A stretch of DNA of 64,000 nucleotides from Betaproteobacteria bacterium. GTDB lineage: Bacteria; Pseudomonadota; Gammaproteobacteria; Burkholderiales; SG8-41. Under the pieces are notes generated by a model. That model worked only from the letters and a program-made list of their open reading frames with translations, was not told the origin of the DNA and ran no database searches. Made by a program: the position numbers and the translations under genes. The number at the start of each line of letters is the position of its first letter. Position 1 is the stretch's first letter. The stretch covers positions 4,030 through 68,029 of the forward strand of contig CANKUB010000011.1 in assembly GCA_947486575.1 (NCBI GenBank), read 5' to 3'. Below are positions 19,874 to 29,546 of the stretch, in pieces.

Positions 19874-21285
19874 GCCGCACCCAGTTCAGTCAGGCGTGAT
19901 AGCCCGGATGACGCATCGCTGGCTTCGTTCATGCCCTGGCACAAAAATTTCTCGATCTGCGGATAGGCGGCGATCGCCCTATCGAGCAACGCGTCGCTAC
20001 CCGCAGCATAAGCGCCCACGGTAATGAGATCACGCGAGCGCTGATATTTCGAATACAGTTGTTTGACGCGGATCGCCGCCGACATATGCTTCTCGCTGAC
20101 CACGCCATGCATGACGCGGCTGATCGATTGCTCGATATCAATCGCCGGGTAATGCCCCTGCTCGGCCAGCGGGCGCGACAGCACGATGTGTCCATCCAGT
20201 ATGGCGCGCGCGCTATCGGCCACCGGATCCTGCTGATCGTCGCCTTCGGTCAAAACGGTATAAAACGCGGTGATCGATCCGCCGCCCGGCTTGCCATTCC
20301 CCGCGCGCTCCACCAGCGTGGGCAGCTTGGCAAATACAGAGGGCGGATAGCCCTTGGTTGCCGGTGGTTCGCCGATTGCCAGCGCGATTTCACGCAAGGC
20401 CATTGCGTAGCGTGTGAGCGAATCCATGATCAGCAGCACATGTTTGCCCTGATCGCGAAAGTACTCGGCAATCGCACACGCATACAGCGCGCCCTGTATA
20501 CGGGCCAGCGGCGAGATGTCAGCAGGCGCCGCCACCACAGCGGCACGTGCGAGACCATCGGCCCCGAGTATTTGTTCAACGAATTCCTTGACTTCGCGCC
20601 CGCGCTCCCCGATTAGCCCCACCACAACCACGTCTGCCTGCGTGTAGCGTGCCATCATGCCCAGCAAGACACTTTTACCGACACCGGATCCGGCAAATAG
20701 TCCAACGCGCTGGCCGCGCCCGACAGTAAGGAGCGTATCGATGGCACGCACACCGACATCCAGTGTCGTGCGCACCGGTTCGCGTAGCATCGGATTGCGC
20801 GGCCGACCAATCAGCGGGCGTGTTGCCGAAAAACCAATGTTGCCTAAACCATCGAGTGGCTTGCCACTGGCATCGACTACGCGTCCCAGCAGTTGCTCGC
20901 CCACCGGCAAGTGACGCGTCTGATCGAGTGTGCGGCGCCACGGGTGCCGGGGCGATGACCATATCGGAACAACGCGTGGTGGCTCAAGCGCCACAACCGT
21001 GGCGCCCGGGCGCATGCCATGCGTCTCGCCCGACGGCATTAATAGTAAGGCGTCGCCGTCAAAACCCACTACTTCGGCTTCGACATAGCGGCCATCTTCC
21101 TGTTCGATACGCGCGGTTGCACCTATCGGCAAACGCGGCCCGCTCGCCTGCAGCACCATGCCGGTAGCGCGCAGCAGACGACCGTTAATGGTGCAGGTCT
21201 GTACATTCGTTACGCACGCGCGGACATCGTCGAGATACCTTTCGAGCTGACCGGTAATCGGATCAGCTTGCAGTAGTTGCATCAT
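19870..21285 (-). CDS. fliI: Flagellum-specific ATPase FliI
   Basis: 471 aa. Walker [18 protein letters not shown], Walker [13 protein letters not shown]. Confidence 0.95.
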   Translation of the reverse strand: MMQLLQADPITGQLERYLDDVRACVTNVQTCTINGRLLRATGMVLQASGPRLPIGATARIEQEDGRYVEAEVVGFDGDALLLMPSGETHGMRPGATVVALEPPRVVPIWSSPRHPWRRTLDQTRHLPVGEQLLGRVVDASGKPLDGLGNIGFSATRPLIGRPRNPMLREPVRTTLDVGVRAIDTLLTVGRGQRVGLFAGSGVGKSVLLGMMARYTQADVVVVGLIGERGREVKEFVEQILGADGLARAAVVAAPADISPLARIQGALYACAIAEYFRDQGKHVLLIMDSLTRYAMALREIALAIGEPPATKGYPPSVFAKLPTLVERAGNGKPGGGSITAFYTVLTEGDDQQDPVADSARAILDGHIVLSRPLAEQGHYPAIDIEQSISRVMHGVVSEKHMSAAIRVKQLYSKYQRSRDLITVGAYAAGSDALLDRAIAAYPQIEKFLCQGMNEASDASSGLSRLTELGAA

Positions 21286-21997
21286 GCGATTCTCCCGGTA
21301 AGTTCCCGCTGGTGTTTTCTATGGCGTTCTCGATTGAATTCCCAATAGCATCCATCAACCGGCCCCAGCGCGTTTCGAGTGTCGCGTCGATGTCCCCGCA
21401 GGGCGCGGTAATTCGACACCCTCCCCGTTTAACTTCGGGTGACGCGATCACGGTGCAGGCGGGTGTAGCCGGACTCTCCGCGAGGTACTGACGCACCACG
21501 TCCATATCTGCCACGTTTATTATCAGACGTGCGCGCTCAGCGGCTTCCGGCAGTAACGCCAGTGCTTCACGCACGATCGGGATGATGCTGTCGGGTTGAA
21601 AATCAATTTCTCTTTGCAGCATTTTCTGCGCGATTGCGCTGGCCAGTGCGACGGTCTTTGCCGATAGCGTATTGCCGAGTTCCTGCAGAGAATGCGTGGC
21701 GGCAATAGCTACCTGATGCATCGTGGCCGCATCGGCTAGTCCGACTGCCCGTCCCTCGACGCGCCCCTCCGCCTGACCCGCCAGAAAACCGGCGCGCTGA
21801 CCTTCCGCAAATCCGGCGGCGTAGGCGCGGCTGCGCATGGCCTCGATGGTTTCAGGGCCTGGTTCGTGATTCCCCATGCCAGCTAGCGCGGAATCACCCG
21901 CCAGCACGCCCGGATGCCAGCGTTCCCATGCCATGAAGTTTTCTTTGGGGATAATACGATTAGATGAAGCCGTCAGCACCGCCGCCTCCCAATACAA
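21263..21997 (-). CDS. fliH: Flagellar assembly protein FliH
   Basis: Lies between fliG and fliI, with an N-terminal SNRIIPKE motif typical of FliH. The start is uncertain: TTG 21997, GTG 21979 or ATG 21934. Confidence 0.8.
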   Translation of the reverse strand: MYWEAAVLTASSNRIIPKENFMAWERWHPGVLAGDSALAGMGNHEPGPETIEAMRSRAYAAGFAEGQRAGFLAGQAEGRVEGRAVGLADAATMHQVAIAATHSLQELGNTLSAKTVALASAIAQKMLQREIDFQPDSIIPIVREALALLPEAAERARLIINVADMDVVRQYLAESPATPACTVIASPEVKRGGCRITAPCGDIDATLETRWGRLMDAIGNSIENAIENTSGNLPGESHDATTAS

Positions 21998-22952
21998 TTT
22001 GGCCGTCGTCGGCCAGAGTGCGCGCGACTTTCAGCATTTCCTTTTGCGCGCCCTCAACCTGAGACAAACGCACCGGACCCATCGAAGACAAGTCGTCACG
22101 CAACGTTTCCGCTGCGCGCGACGACATGTTCTTGAGTATCTTGTCGCGCAGCGCGCCATCCGCCCCTTTCAGCGCCAGCACCAGGCTTTCGGACTGCACG
22201 TCGCGCAGTATCATCTGGATGCCCTTGTCGTCGATCTCCATGAGATTCTCAAACAGGAACATTTCATCCACGATTTTCTGGCTCAGCACTTCGTCACCGG
22301 CTTTGATCGCCTCAACGATGGCCATATCTGCGCCGTCACCGAGGAAGTTCAGAATTTCCGCCGCGGCACGCGCGCCGCCGAGCGACTTTTTCTTGCCCTC
22401 TTTGCCGCTGAGCAACTTAGACAGCACTTCATTTAATTCGCGCAATGCCACTGGCTGAATGCCATCCAGCGTGGCGATACGCTGCGTAGCGTCCGCACGC
22501 AAACGCTCGGGCAGGCGCTTTAATACATCGGCTGCGGTTTCACGTTCCAGATGCACCAGTATCGAGGCGATGATCTGCGGGTGTTCATTCTGAATCAGCT
22601 CGGACACCATCTCTGAATCCATCCAGTTCAGCGTGTCAATGCCCAGATCGCCTTTGTCCTTGACAATGTGCGACAGCAAAAATCCCCCCTTGTCTTCGCC
22701 CAAGGCGCGGGTAATGACGTTGCGTATGTATTCATGGTTACTGGCGCCGAATGACGAATGGGCACTGGCTTCAGTTTCATATGTGCCCAGCACGGCGTCG
22801 ATCTGCTCTTTACTGACATTACCCAGCTTGGCCATTGCGCTGCCCAGCTTGCGCGCTTCCTTTGGGTCCAGTTGCTTGAAGACCTCCGCTGCAAGCGCTT
22901 CGCCGACACTGAATAGCAGAATCGCGCTGTTGGTCAGTCCTTCCGCGCTCAT
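21960..22952 (-). CDS. fliG: Flagellar motor switch protein FliG
   Basis: 330 aa: GLTNSAILLFSVGEALAAEVFKQLDPKEARKL... and a C-terminal torque helix region. Confidence 0.95.
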   Translation of the reverse strand: MSAEGLTNSAILLFSVGEALAAEVFKQLDPKEARKLGSAMAKLGNVSKEQIDAVLGTYETEASAHSSFGASNHEYIRNVITRALGEDKGGFLLSHIVKDKGDLGIDTLNWMDSEMVSELIQNEHPQIIASILVHLERETAADVLKRLPERLRADATQRIATLDGIQPVALRELNEVLSKLLSGKEGKKKSLGGARAAAEILNFLGDGADMAIVEAIKAGDEVLSQKIVDEMFLFENLMEIDDKGIQMILRDVQSESLVLALKGADGALRDKILKNMSSRAAETLRDDLSSMGPVRLSQVEGAQKEMLKVARTLADDGQIVLGGGGADGFI

Positions 22953-24571
22953 TTCTGGGCCACCCAGTTACGAATAACGTTGGCGATGATGCGCGGGTCG
23001 CCCTGCGTAATCTGCCGCGGCGCGCCGAGTTGCTGCGTTGCACCGTTGCCATTGAGGGATTCTGCGGCGCTGGCATCCGCTGTGCCGGTCGTGTTATTCG
23101 CGGGCCCGGCAGCGCCACTGTGGCCAGCCGCGTCCAGTGACAGCGCGGGTTCCACCTGCATGACCACCGGCGCAGACATTTGCCGCAACAGGGGGCGCAA
23201 GATGCCAAACAGGATGTAGAGCACCAGCAGCAGCATGCCGGTAACTTTGCCGCCTTCCTTGGCAAGCGAGATGGTTTCGGGATTGCGCCACAGCGGGACT
23301 TCGATAGCGGTCGCAGGCTCCTCGGTGGTGAATGCTGCATTGGCCACATTGAGCGAGTCGCCACGCTCCTTGGTAAAGCCCATGGCCTCGCGTGTCAGTG
23401 CCGTAATTTGCTCGATCTGCTCGGCGGATAGCGGTGTCAGCACCGCTTTGCCGTCGGCGCCGACGCTGCGGCGGTGATTCACCACCACCGCAGCGGACAA
23501 ACGCCGCACCACGCCAACCGGGCTTTTCAAATGCCGGATCGTTTTATCAACTTCGTAGTTCACCACACTTTCTTTTTTGCCATTGCCGGTTGCGGTAGTG
23601 GTTTGCGCAGTGGCGGCACCGGCCTGATTGGACGCAGCGCCCGGCACGCCTTGCGCCTGCGCGGCGCCCCCGTTGGTGACTTCGTTGATCGATTGGCTGC
23701 GGATCGCCGCCTGATCGGCGGCTGGATTGGGCTTATAGGATTCAGCAGTGGATTCCTGGATGGAAAAATCAATGTCCGCCGTAACACGCGCACGCACATT
23801 GCCTGCGCCAACGATGGGCTCTAGCAGGTCGAGAATGCGTTTGTTGTAGCCGTTTTCCAGCGACTGCACATGGTTCATCTGCTGCGGGTCCAGATTTGAG
23901 CCGCTACTTTGGTTGGACAACAGATTGCCCGATTGATCGAGCACGCTGACATTCCTGGGCGGCAAATCGGGCACGGATGACGCCACCAGATGCACGATGC
24001 CCGCCACCTGAGCGCGATCCAGCGTGCGTCCCCCATGCAATGTGAGCAGCACCGAAGCCGTGGGTTTTTGCTGATCACGCAGGAACACCGACGTTTTGGG
24101 CATGGCCAGATGCACGCGCGCCGACTCTACCGCGGCAACGGACTGTATCGAGCGTGCGAGTTCGCCTTCGAGCCCGCGCTGATAATTGATCTGCTCCTGA
24201 AACTGGGTAGCGCCGAGTTTTTGCGATTCGAGCACCTCAAACCCGACTACCGAGCCTTTGGGCAGGCCTTGCGAGGCAAGGCGCAGCCGCGCGTCATGCA
24301 CCTTTTCTGCGTCCACCAGTATCGCGCCGCTGCCCTCCTGAAACTTGTAGGCGACGTTCATCTGCGTCAGCGCCGCAACTATTGCGCCGCCGTCGCGATC
24401 AGACAGATTGGTGTAGAGCACTTTGTAATCCGGGGTGCGGCTCCACAGCATTGCGCCAACAACCAGCGCGATCAATCCGGCCAGCCCGAAAATAATGCCG
24501 GTCTTGTTGCGGGCAGGCAATTGAATGAAATTGCTTACCACGTTTGGGACATTCTGAGTTACGCCAGCCAT
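22949..24571 (-). CDS. fliF: Flagellar MS-ring protein FliF
   Basis: About 540 aa with an N-terminal TM (GIIFGLAGLIALVVGAMLW), a periplasmic ring-building region and a C-terminal TM. The ATG at 24571 is preferred over the upstream ORF start. Confidence 0.92.
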   Translation of the reverse strand: MAGVTQNVPNVVSNFIQLPARNKTGIIFGLAGLIALVVGAMLWSRTPDYKVLYTNLSDRDGGAIVAALTQMNVAYKFQEGSGAILVDAEKVHDARLRLASQGLPKGSVVGFEVLESQKLGATQFQEQINYQRGLEGELARSIQSVAAVESARVHLAMPKTSVFLRDQQKPTASVLLTLHGGRTLDRAQVAGIVHLVASSVPDLPPRNVSVLDQSGNLLSNQSSGSNLDPQQMNHVQSLENGYNKRILDLLEPIVGAGNVRARVTADIDFSIQESTAESYKPNPAADQAAIRSQSINEVTNGGAAQAQGVPGAASNQAGAATAQTTTATGNGKKESVVNYEVDKTIRHLKSPVGVVRRLSAAVVVNHRRSVGADGKAVLTPLSAEQIEQITALTREAMGFTKERGDSLNVANAAFTTEEPATAIEVPLWRNPETISLAKEGGKVTGMLLLVLYILFGILRPLLRQMSAPVVMQVEPALSLDAAGHSGAAGPANNTTGTADASAAESLNGNGATQQLGAPRQITQGDPRIIANVIRNWVAQK

Positions 24572-24762
24572 GATTGCTCTTGGTTGATGAGTGCGATACG
24601 GCAATGAATGAGTAGGGGTTACGCGTCGCATTTTGCCGATAACCTTCCGCGGCGAAACGGGGATTAGTCGGCTTTAACAGCCCTAATTCCGTTGTCGGCG
24701 GCTTCGGCCACGATGCTAGGATGGCGTTCATTCCGCATCGATAACATATCGAGGAAATACCC

Positions 24763-25077
24763 ATGGACCCGATCTCTGGCAGCATTGGCGCTGCATCCAG
24801 TACGCTACCGCTGGCGCTGACGCCGCCAGGCGGCAACGTGGCCGCTGGCAAAAAAGGCGATTTCAGCGCTGCATTGAATCAGGCGCTGGAGCAAGTCAGC
24901 CTCAAGCAGGATCAGGCGGACGACTACGCGAAGCGCTTTCAGATGGGCGACAGCAATGTCAGCCTGGAAAAGACCATGGTGGCGCTGCAAACCGCGAACA
25001 TTTCCTTTCAGGCGATGGTGCAAGTACGCAATCGCGTTGTTTCTGCCTATCAGGACATCATGAATATGCAGGTGTAA
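24763..25077 (+). CDS. fliE: Flagellar hook-basal body protein FliE
   Basis: 104 aa with C-terminus SFQAMVQVRNRVVSAYQDIMNMQV. It is divergent from fliF. Confidence 0.92.
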   Translation: MDPISGSIGAASSTLPLALTPPGGNVAAGKKGDFSAALNQALEQVSLKQDQADDYAKRFQMGDSNVSLEKTMVALQTANISFQAMVQVRNRVVSAYQDIMNMQV

Positions 25078-25843
25078 ACGCATTTCCATGCAGATGCGCG
25101 AGCCGTTTGCGCTCAAGTTCCAGGATGTATTTTTGCATTAGCGTTCCTGCCGATCCAGTGGGCTGCACGAACTCACAGCCTATCAACAACCGGCGCTTTC
25201 CCGCCTGCGTATCTTCCATCACGCGCACCACGTTTGCACTGCAAAACACCACCCCGGCGTCGGGAAGATCAATGCGGCAATCCTTGAGGATTTTGCCCGC
25301 CTGCGCCTGCCATTGCTCAGGATCGCCAATAATGCGCATACCCTGCACACTAAATTCTGCCACACGCCATGTCAACACCTTGCGTGGCAACGCCGGTGGC
25401 GCGAAGCGACAGTTTACAATTTCGTTTGGCGGTGTATCAATGCGATAGGCGTCGCGTCGCTGAATTCGCAGAATATATTCAGGCAACGGAATGCCCAGCG
25501 CAGGGCGGCCTTCGTGCGTCATTGCTGCTGCGCGCCCCGTGTCAAAGTGGATACGGATGCGCCTCACTTCGGTTTCGACCGTCACGCTATGTGCCGAGGT
25601 CACTTTAGCGGTCATTTCGGCGTCGGCACACGCATTGAGTACCAGCAGTTTTTCCGCCGCGTCCACTTCAAGCAAGGTGGTAATGGTGGCGTCGTTTGTG
25701 TCACGACTGGTGTCACGGTGTACGCTGGCACGCAGCGTGAGCAATGCGCCCTGCGCCTGCGCATCGCGCAACGCACTCAATATCTCCACCGGCGAGGTGA
25801 TGCGAAAGCGTTCTTCGTTTTGATTCATTGAGGTTGCGCTCAT
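25058..25843 (-). CDS. ycgR: Flagellar brake protein YcgR (PilZN + PilZ, c-di-GMP receptor)
   Basis: 261 aa. The N-terminal YcgR-type domain is followed by PilZ motifs RIQRRDAYR and AEFSVQGM. Its 3' end overlaps the 3' end of convergent fliE by 20 nt. Confidence 0.8.
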   Translation of the reverse strand: MSATSMNQNEERFRITSPVEILSALRDAQAQGALLTLRASVHRDTSRDTNDATITTLLEVDAAEKLLVLNACADAEMTAKVTSAHSVTVETEVRRIRIHFDTGRAAAMTHEGRPALGIPLPEYILRIQRRDAYRIDTPPNEIVNCRFAPPALPRKVLTWRVAEFSVQGMRIIGDPEQWQAQAGKILKDCRIDLPDAGVVFCSANVVRVMEDTQAGKRRLLIGCEFVQPTGSAGTLMQKYILELERKRLAHLHGNAFTPAYS

Positions 25844-26220
25844 GATATTTTTTCACGTTGGCTGGCGTGTGGCGGCAGCGCGGGACGCTCCAGTCGGTGC
25901 AGCCACGCCAGAATTTCGGCCACCGCGAGATACAGGGTTTGCGGGATATGCTCATCCAGATCAACGCGCATCAGCAGCCGCACCAGATCCGCCGATTGAT
26001 GTACATAAATGCCCGCCTCGTTGGCACGACGGATGATTTCTTCGGCAATGGCGCCGTTGCCCCTGGCGACCACTTTGGGCGCGTACAGGCCACTATGGCC
26101 CCCATGGCCGTCCTGCCCGCCGTGATACGCCAGCGCCACGCATTGCGCAGGGCGTACTGCAACCGGAAGTGTCGGTCTAGGCATGTGCGGCCACGCGTAT
26201 CGAATGCGCTTCAAGGCCAT
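25840..26220 (-). CDS. FlhB C-terminal-domain-only protein (EscU/YscU/HrcU family, YlqH-like)
   Basis: VALAYHGG...APKVVARGNGAIAEEIIRRANEAGIYVHQSADLVRLLMRVDLDEHIPQTLYLAVAEILAWLHRLE aligns with the post-NPTH part of FlhB (compare flhB in this window). It has no TM region and no NPTH. An alternative start is ATG 26184. Confidence 0.75.
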   Translation of the reverse strand: MALKRIRYAWPHMPRPTLPVAVRPAQCVALAYHGGQDGHGGHSGLYAPKVVARGNGAIAEEIIRRANEAGIYVHQSADLVRLLMRVDLDEHIPQTLYLAVAEILAWLHRLERPALPPHASQREKIS

Positions 26221-27205
26221 GCGCGGACAGTGCCTGCATCAGTTGCGTACGTGCTTCGTCATTGCGCAATACCAGCGTACTGGCAGCGGGCGCCTGCAGA
26301 TGCACATCCAGCGCCTGACCGGTCAATAGCAGGCGGGCTTGCACCGCGCCCAGTACGGGCAAATCCAGATTGAGTCGTACCTGCCACGACCGTGGGGCGG
26401 CTGCACGGTCAGGCTCACCATCAGCATCATCGCCGATGTCGTCGGCACTCAGGGTGATTTCTGCTGCCTGGTGTGGCCACACAAAGCCGCGCCACGACAC
26501 GGTTTGCTGCGCATAGGTATCGAGCTGCTGCCGCACCAGCGGGGCCAACTGCGAAGGCATGATGTCGAGCGCTTCGCCCACAGCACTTTCATACCCGGCG
26601 GCGTACTCCGCGGCAAGCATCAGGGCCTGCGGTTCTTCCAGCAAATCCTCGAGTGCAAAACGACCGTTCAACCAACGCTGCAGGTGCGATTCATAAAACA
26701 AGCCCGAGCTGCGTACAGTCTGCTGCAACGCCTGCGCCAGAGCGGCGCTGGGCTGCGGTGAGGCGGTCAGGGGCGGCGTTGACATGTATTTCGTAACTAT
26801 TTGTTTATTAACAGGTTTTAGCAAATCCTGGATCAGTTGTGCAGAACCGCTTAACTTGACCTCAGGCGCGCTCACCGCGTGTTTCAGGGCTTCATCGAGG
26901 GTAACGATCAGCACATCGTCAGCAGCATGCATACCTGCCAGCCGTAATGCGAGATGCTGGGTTGACCCCGCGTGGGCAATTTCGACTGATTGCGTGCCAT
27001 CCGGTCGCACCTCCGCTATTCGCGCCGTAACGGCTTTGACATCACGCAACAGCATCAGCAAATCCTGTTGTTCACGCGCGCTAGTACCCGATCCGCGCAG
27101 GAGTTCTGCGAGGCTGATGCGCGTTACGCGCACAGGGGCGCGCACCGGCGCGCTGCGATCTGCGATGCGCCCGGGTGCGGGCGGCGTTGTGGACGGCACA
27201 AACAT
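26177..27205 (-). CDS. FliK-like protein (second hook-length-control-type C-terminal domain)
   Basis: The C-terminal block SWQVRLNLDLPVLGAVQARLLLTGQALDVHLQAPAASTLVLRNDEARTQLMQALSAHGLEAHSIRV resembles the Flg_hook domain. It lies downstream of fliT. The start is uncertain (ATG 27205 or 27238). Confidence 0.6.
   Translation of the reverse strand: MFVPSTTPPAPGRIADRSAPVRAPVRVTRISLAELLRGSGTSAREQQDLLMLLRDVKAVTARIAEVRPDGTQSVEIAHAGSTQHLALRLAGMHAADDVLIVTLDEALKHAVSAPEVKLSGSAQLIQDLLKPVNKQIVTKYMSTPPLTASPQPSAALAQALQQTVRSSGLFYESHLQRWLNGRFALEDLLEEPQALMLAAEYAAGYESAVGEALDIMPSQLAPLVRQQLDTYAQQTVSWRGFVWPHQAAEITLSADDIGDDADGEPDRAAAPRSWQVRLNLDLPVLGAVQARLLLTGQALDVHLQAPAASTLVLRNDEARTQLMQALSAHGLEAHSIRVAAHA
26792..26806 (-). 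repeat. Copy C of the exact 15-mer AAACAAATAGTTACG (inside the fliK-like CDS)
   Basis: The plus strand reads CGTAACTATTTGTTT. It is embedded in an AT-rich patch of about 45 nt encoding LKPVNKQIVTKYMST, in an otherwise GC-rich gene. Confidence 0.9.
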
Positions 27206-27218
27206 GGGCGTGGCTTGG

Positions 27219-27581
27219 TTACTGTGCGTACGCGCCATGCACGCGACGGCTATTGCCACGCCCGTGCAGAAAGCTCTCAAGTTTGAGCAGCCGCGGCTCC
27301 ACCAGATTGCGTATTTCGGCGTCGTGGGCCAGCACACAGCGTATGACGTGCATGCGCCGCACATTGCCCGATGCGCTGATCGCAGCGCGCTGACTCAATG
27401 CAGCTACTTTGCTGATGAGCTCCGCGCACGTCATCTCGGCTACCACCAGACCATCCCAGTCGGACGCGCGTGCGGCATTGAGCATCCGGGCGCTGGCCGC
27501 CGAAATCTGCTCATAGCAGCTCAGCACAACCTCTTCAGAAATCTCATCAACGTTGACTGGGTTCAATGGCATGCCACGCAT
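27219..27581 (-). CDS. fliT: Flagellar chaperone FliT
   Basis: About 118 aa, positioned after fliS. VLSCYEQISAASARMLNAARASDWDGLVVAEMTCAELISKV fits the FliT pattern. An alternative start is ATG 27572. Confidence 0.7.
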   Translation of the reverse strand: MRGMPLNPVNVDEISEEVVLSCYEQISAASARMLNAARASDWDGLVVAEMTCAELISKVAALSQRAAISASGNVRRMHVIRCVLAHDAEIRNLVEPRLLKLESFLHGRGNSRRVHGAYAQ

Positions 27582-27999
27582 CCTTCAGTTCGGTAAGCAA
27601 ACGGGTTACTTCGTCGAGCGCAGTCGGGTCATTTTTAAGGCTCGCCAACAACAGACGGCGGGCCATGTAGTCGTAGAGCGCGCGTAAATTGCCCGCGAGC
27701 CCATTCGTGCTGTTACTGCTACTTCCGCCAGGGTTATTGCCATCGTTATCGACAATGGCGGCCTTCAGACCCTCGTCAATGATCTGAATCGCCTTGGATA
27801 TCGATTGCCCTCTGATCGCAATGGCAGAAATTTCACTCGCATGCATCGCGCCGTGTGCACGCGCGATGGCCAGTATCGCCCCCTCAAACAGCATGTGTAT
27901 CAGGCGGTGCGGGTGTGCCGAGGCGATGGCGGATTCGAGCCCCACATTGGCATAGGCGCGTGCTGCCGAGTTGGACGTTGTGTTGGAATACCCTGCCAT
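27547..27999 (-). CDS. fliS: Flagellin chaperone FliS
   Basis: 150 aa: AYANVGLESAIASAHPHRLIHMLFEGAILAIARA... Confidence 0.9.
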   Translation of the reverse strand: MAGYSNTTSNSAARAYANVGLESAIASAHPHRLIHMLFEGAILAIARAHGAMHASEISAIAIRGQSISKAIQIIDEGLKAAIVDNDGNNPGGSSSNSTNGLAGNLRALYDYMARRLLLASLKNDPTALDEVTRLLTELKDAWHAIEPSQR

Positions 28000-28039
28000 G
28001 GTTTCAATCTCGCGTAGTTACTGGTACAGGTTTTATCGG

Positions 28040-29440
28040 CTATTTATTCGAATTATTGAGCTGCGAAGTGAGAAAGCTCCCCGTCGCATTCATGCTGGTC
28101 ATCAGTTGATCCAGTGCGGCGAACTGAGTGCGGTAGCGCGCCTCTATTGACGACATGCGATCTTCCAGGCGCGTTTGCTGATCTGCAATACGTTGAATAT
28201 TCGACTGAATGCCGTCGGTACGTGCAGTCAGCGTGCCGCTGCTGCTCAATGCGGAATCGAGCGAACTGGTCAGCGCACGCGCGAATGAACCCATCATGCT
28301 GCTGGCAGCCGCCGGATTTGCGGCGACCGCTGCATCGTATTTGGCGCTGTTTACCGATAGCGTGCCATTGCTTTGCACAGTAATGCCCAGCGACGACAGA
28401 TTGCGGTAGGTATCGCCGTCCACACCGTAATTGCTGGTAACCGTGCGCCGCAATTGCGCCTGCACGCCACGGATCGACGATTCGCCGTTGAGCGGACCGC
28501 CGCTGCGCGCCGCTGCGTCGTAACTCGACTGACTTTTCATGGTGCCACTGGCCGTGTTATAGGATTTGACCAGTTCGTCCAGCGTGGTACGCATAGCCGC
28601 CGTATCGCGCGTCACGGCCACATTAGTGCTGCCAACACTGGCCAGTTTGAACGTTATGCCGCCAACCGCGTCGGAGACATCGTTGGACGGCCGCGTCATC
28701 GGCAGACCATCCACTTCGAATACAGCGTCGCGCCCGACGCGCGCCTCGGTCATGTTGCGTCCGGCGCTGCCAGCGGCGATTTCGGGATCGAAGGCCAGCA
28801 GCGATAGTCCCGCAGCATCCGTGTTGTTGCCATCATCATCCGTGGTACGTATGCGCATGCCTTGCGCTGCGCCGGTGTCATTGGCGCCGATTACCAGGCG
28901 AAATCCGCTGCCATCGTTCACGACCGAGGCGGTGACACCGGCCTTTGCGTTGTTGATGGCATCGCGCATGCCGGTGAGCGTTGTGTTGGCAGGAATCGTG
29001 ATGGTTACAGCCGGTATGTCGACGTTGGCAGTAAAAGTCGTGCCATCGAAACTGCCACGGTCTATGGCAATAGCGCCGCTGCCGACAATGGAATCAGCTG
29101 CCGTAAACGCGCTGGTGTAGATGCGATGCGCGGTTGCGAGGGATTGCACACTTAAGCCATACACAGCCGGTGTAGCGCCGGATTGAACCGTAGCGGCGGC
29201 AACCCCAGGCATACTGTTCGTTACCGTGGCCGGAATGGACGACATGGCATCGCTCAATGCGCGCGATGCCGTTTGCAATGTCGAGAGCACGCCTTTGGTC
29301 ACACCGAAAGCAGAGAGATTCGCCTGGAATTTCGCCGTCTTTGCGGTTAATGCCCTGATCGGCGCGCGCTCAACCTCCATCAGGCTGGCAACCAGCGTGT
29401 TGGCGTCTATATTACTACCGAGACCAGCAAGGGGATTCAT
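28040..29440 (-). CDS. fliD: Flagellar filament cap protein FliD
   Basis: The N-terminus MNPLAGLGSNIDANTLVASLMEVERAPI and the C-terminus RYRTQFAALDQLMTSMNATGSFLTSQL are typical of FliD. The ATG at 29440 has an AGGTG SD 8 nt upstream. Confidence 0.9.
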   Translation of the reverse strand: MNPLAGLGSNIDANTLVASLMEVERAPIRALTAKTAKFQANLSAFGVTKGVLSTLQTASRALSDAMSSIPATVTNSMPGVAAATVQSGATPAVYGLSVQSLATAHRIYTSAFTAADSIVGSGAIAIDRGSFDGTTFTANVDIPAVTITIPANTTLTGMRDAINNAKAGVTASVVNDGSGFRLVIGANDTGAAQGMRIRTTDDDGNNTDAAGLSLLAFDPEIAAGSAGRNMTEARVGRDAVFEVDGLPMTRPSNDVSDAVGGITFKLASVGSTNVAVTRDTAAMRTTLDELVKSYNTASGTMKSQSSYDAAARSGGPLNGESSIRGVQAQLRRTVTSNYGVDGDTYRNLSSLGITVQSNGTLSVNSAKYDAAVAANPAAASSMMGSFARALTSSLDSALSSSGTLTARTDGIQSNIQRIADQQTRLEDRMSSIEARYRTQFAALDQLMTSMNATGSFLTSQLNNSNK

Positions 29441-29546
29441 AAGGGATTCACCTGTTATCGCTTCGTGAAATGCAGATGCCGTGGCGAGGGAATCCCCCGC
29501 CACGGCGCTGCTAACGCGTGTTTCTGCTGATCACTGCCGTTGCGGA

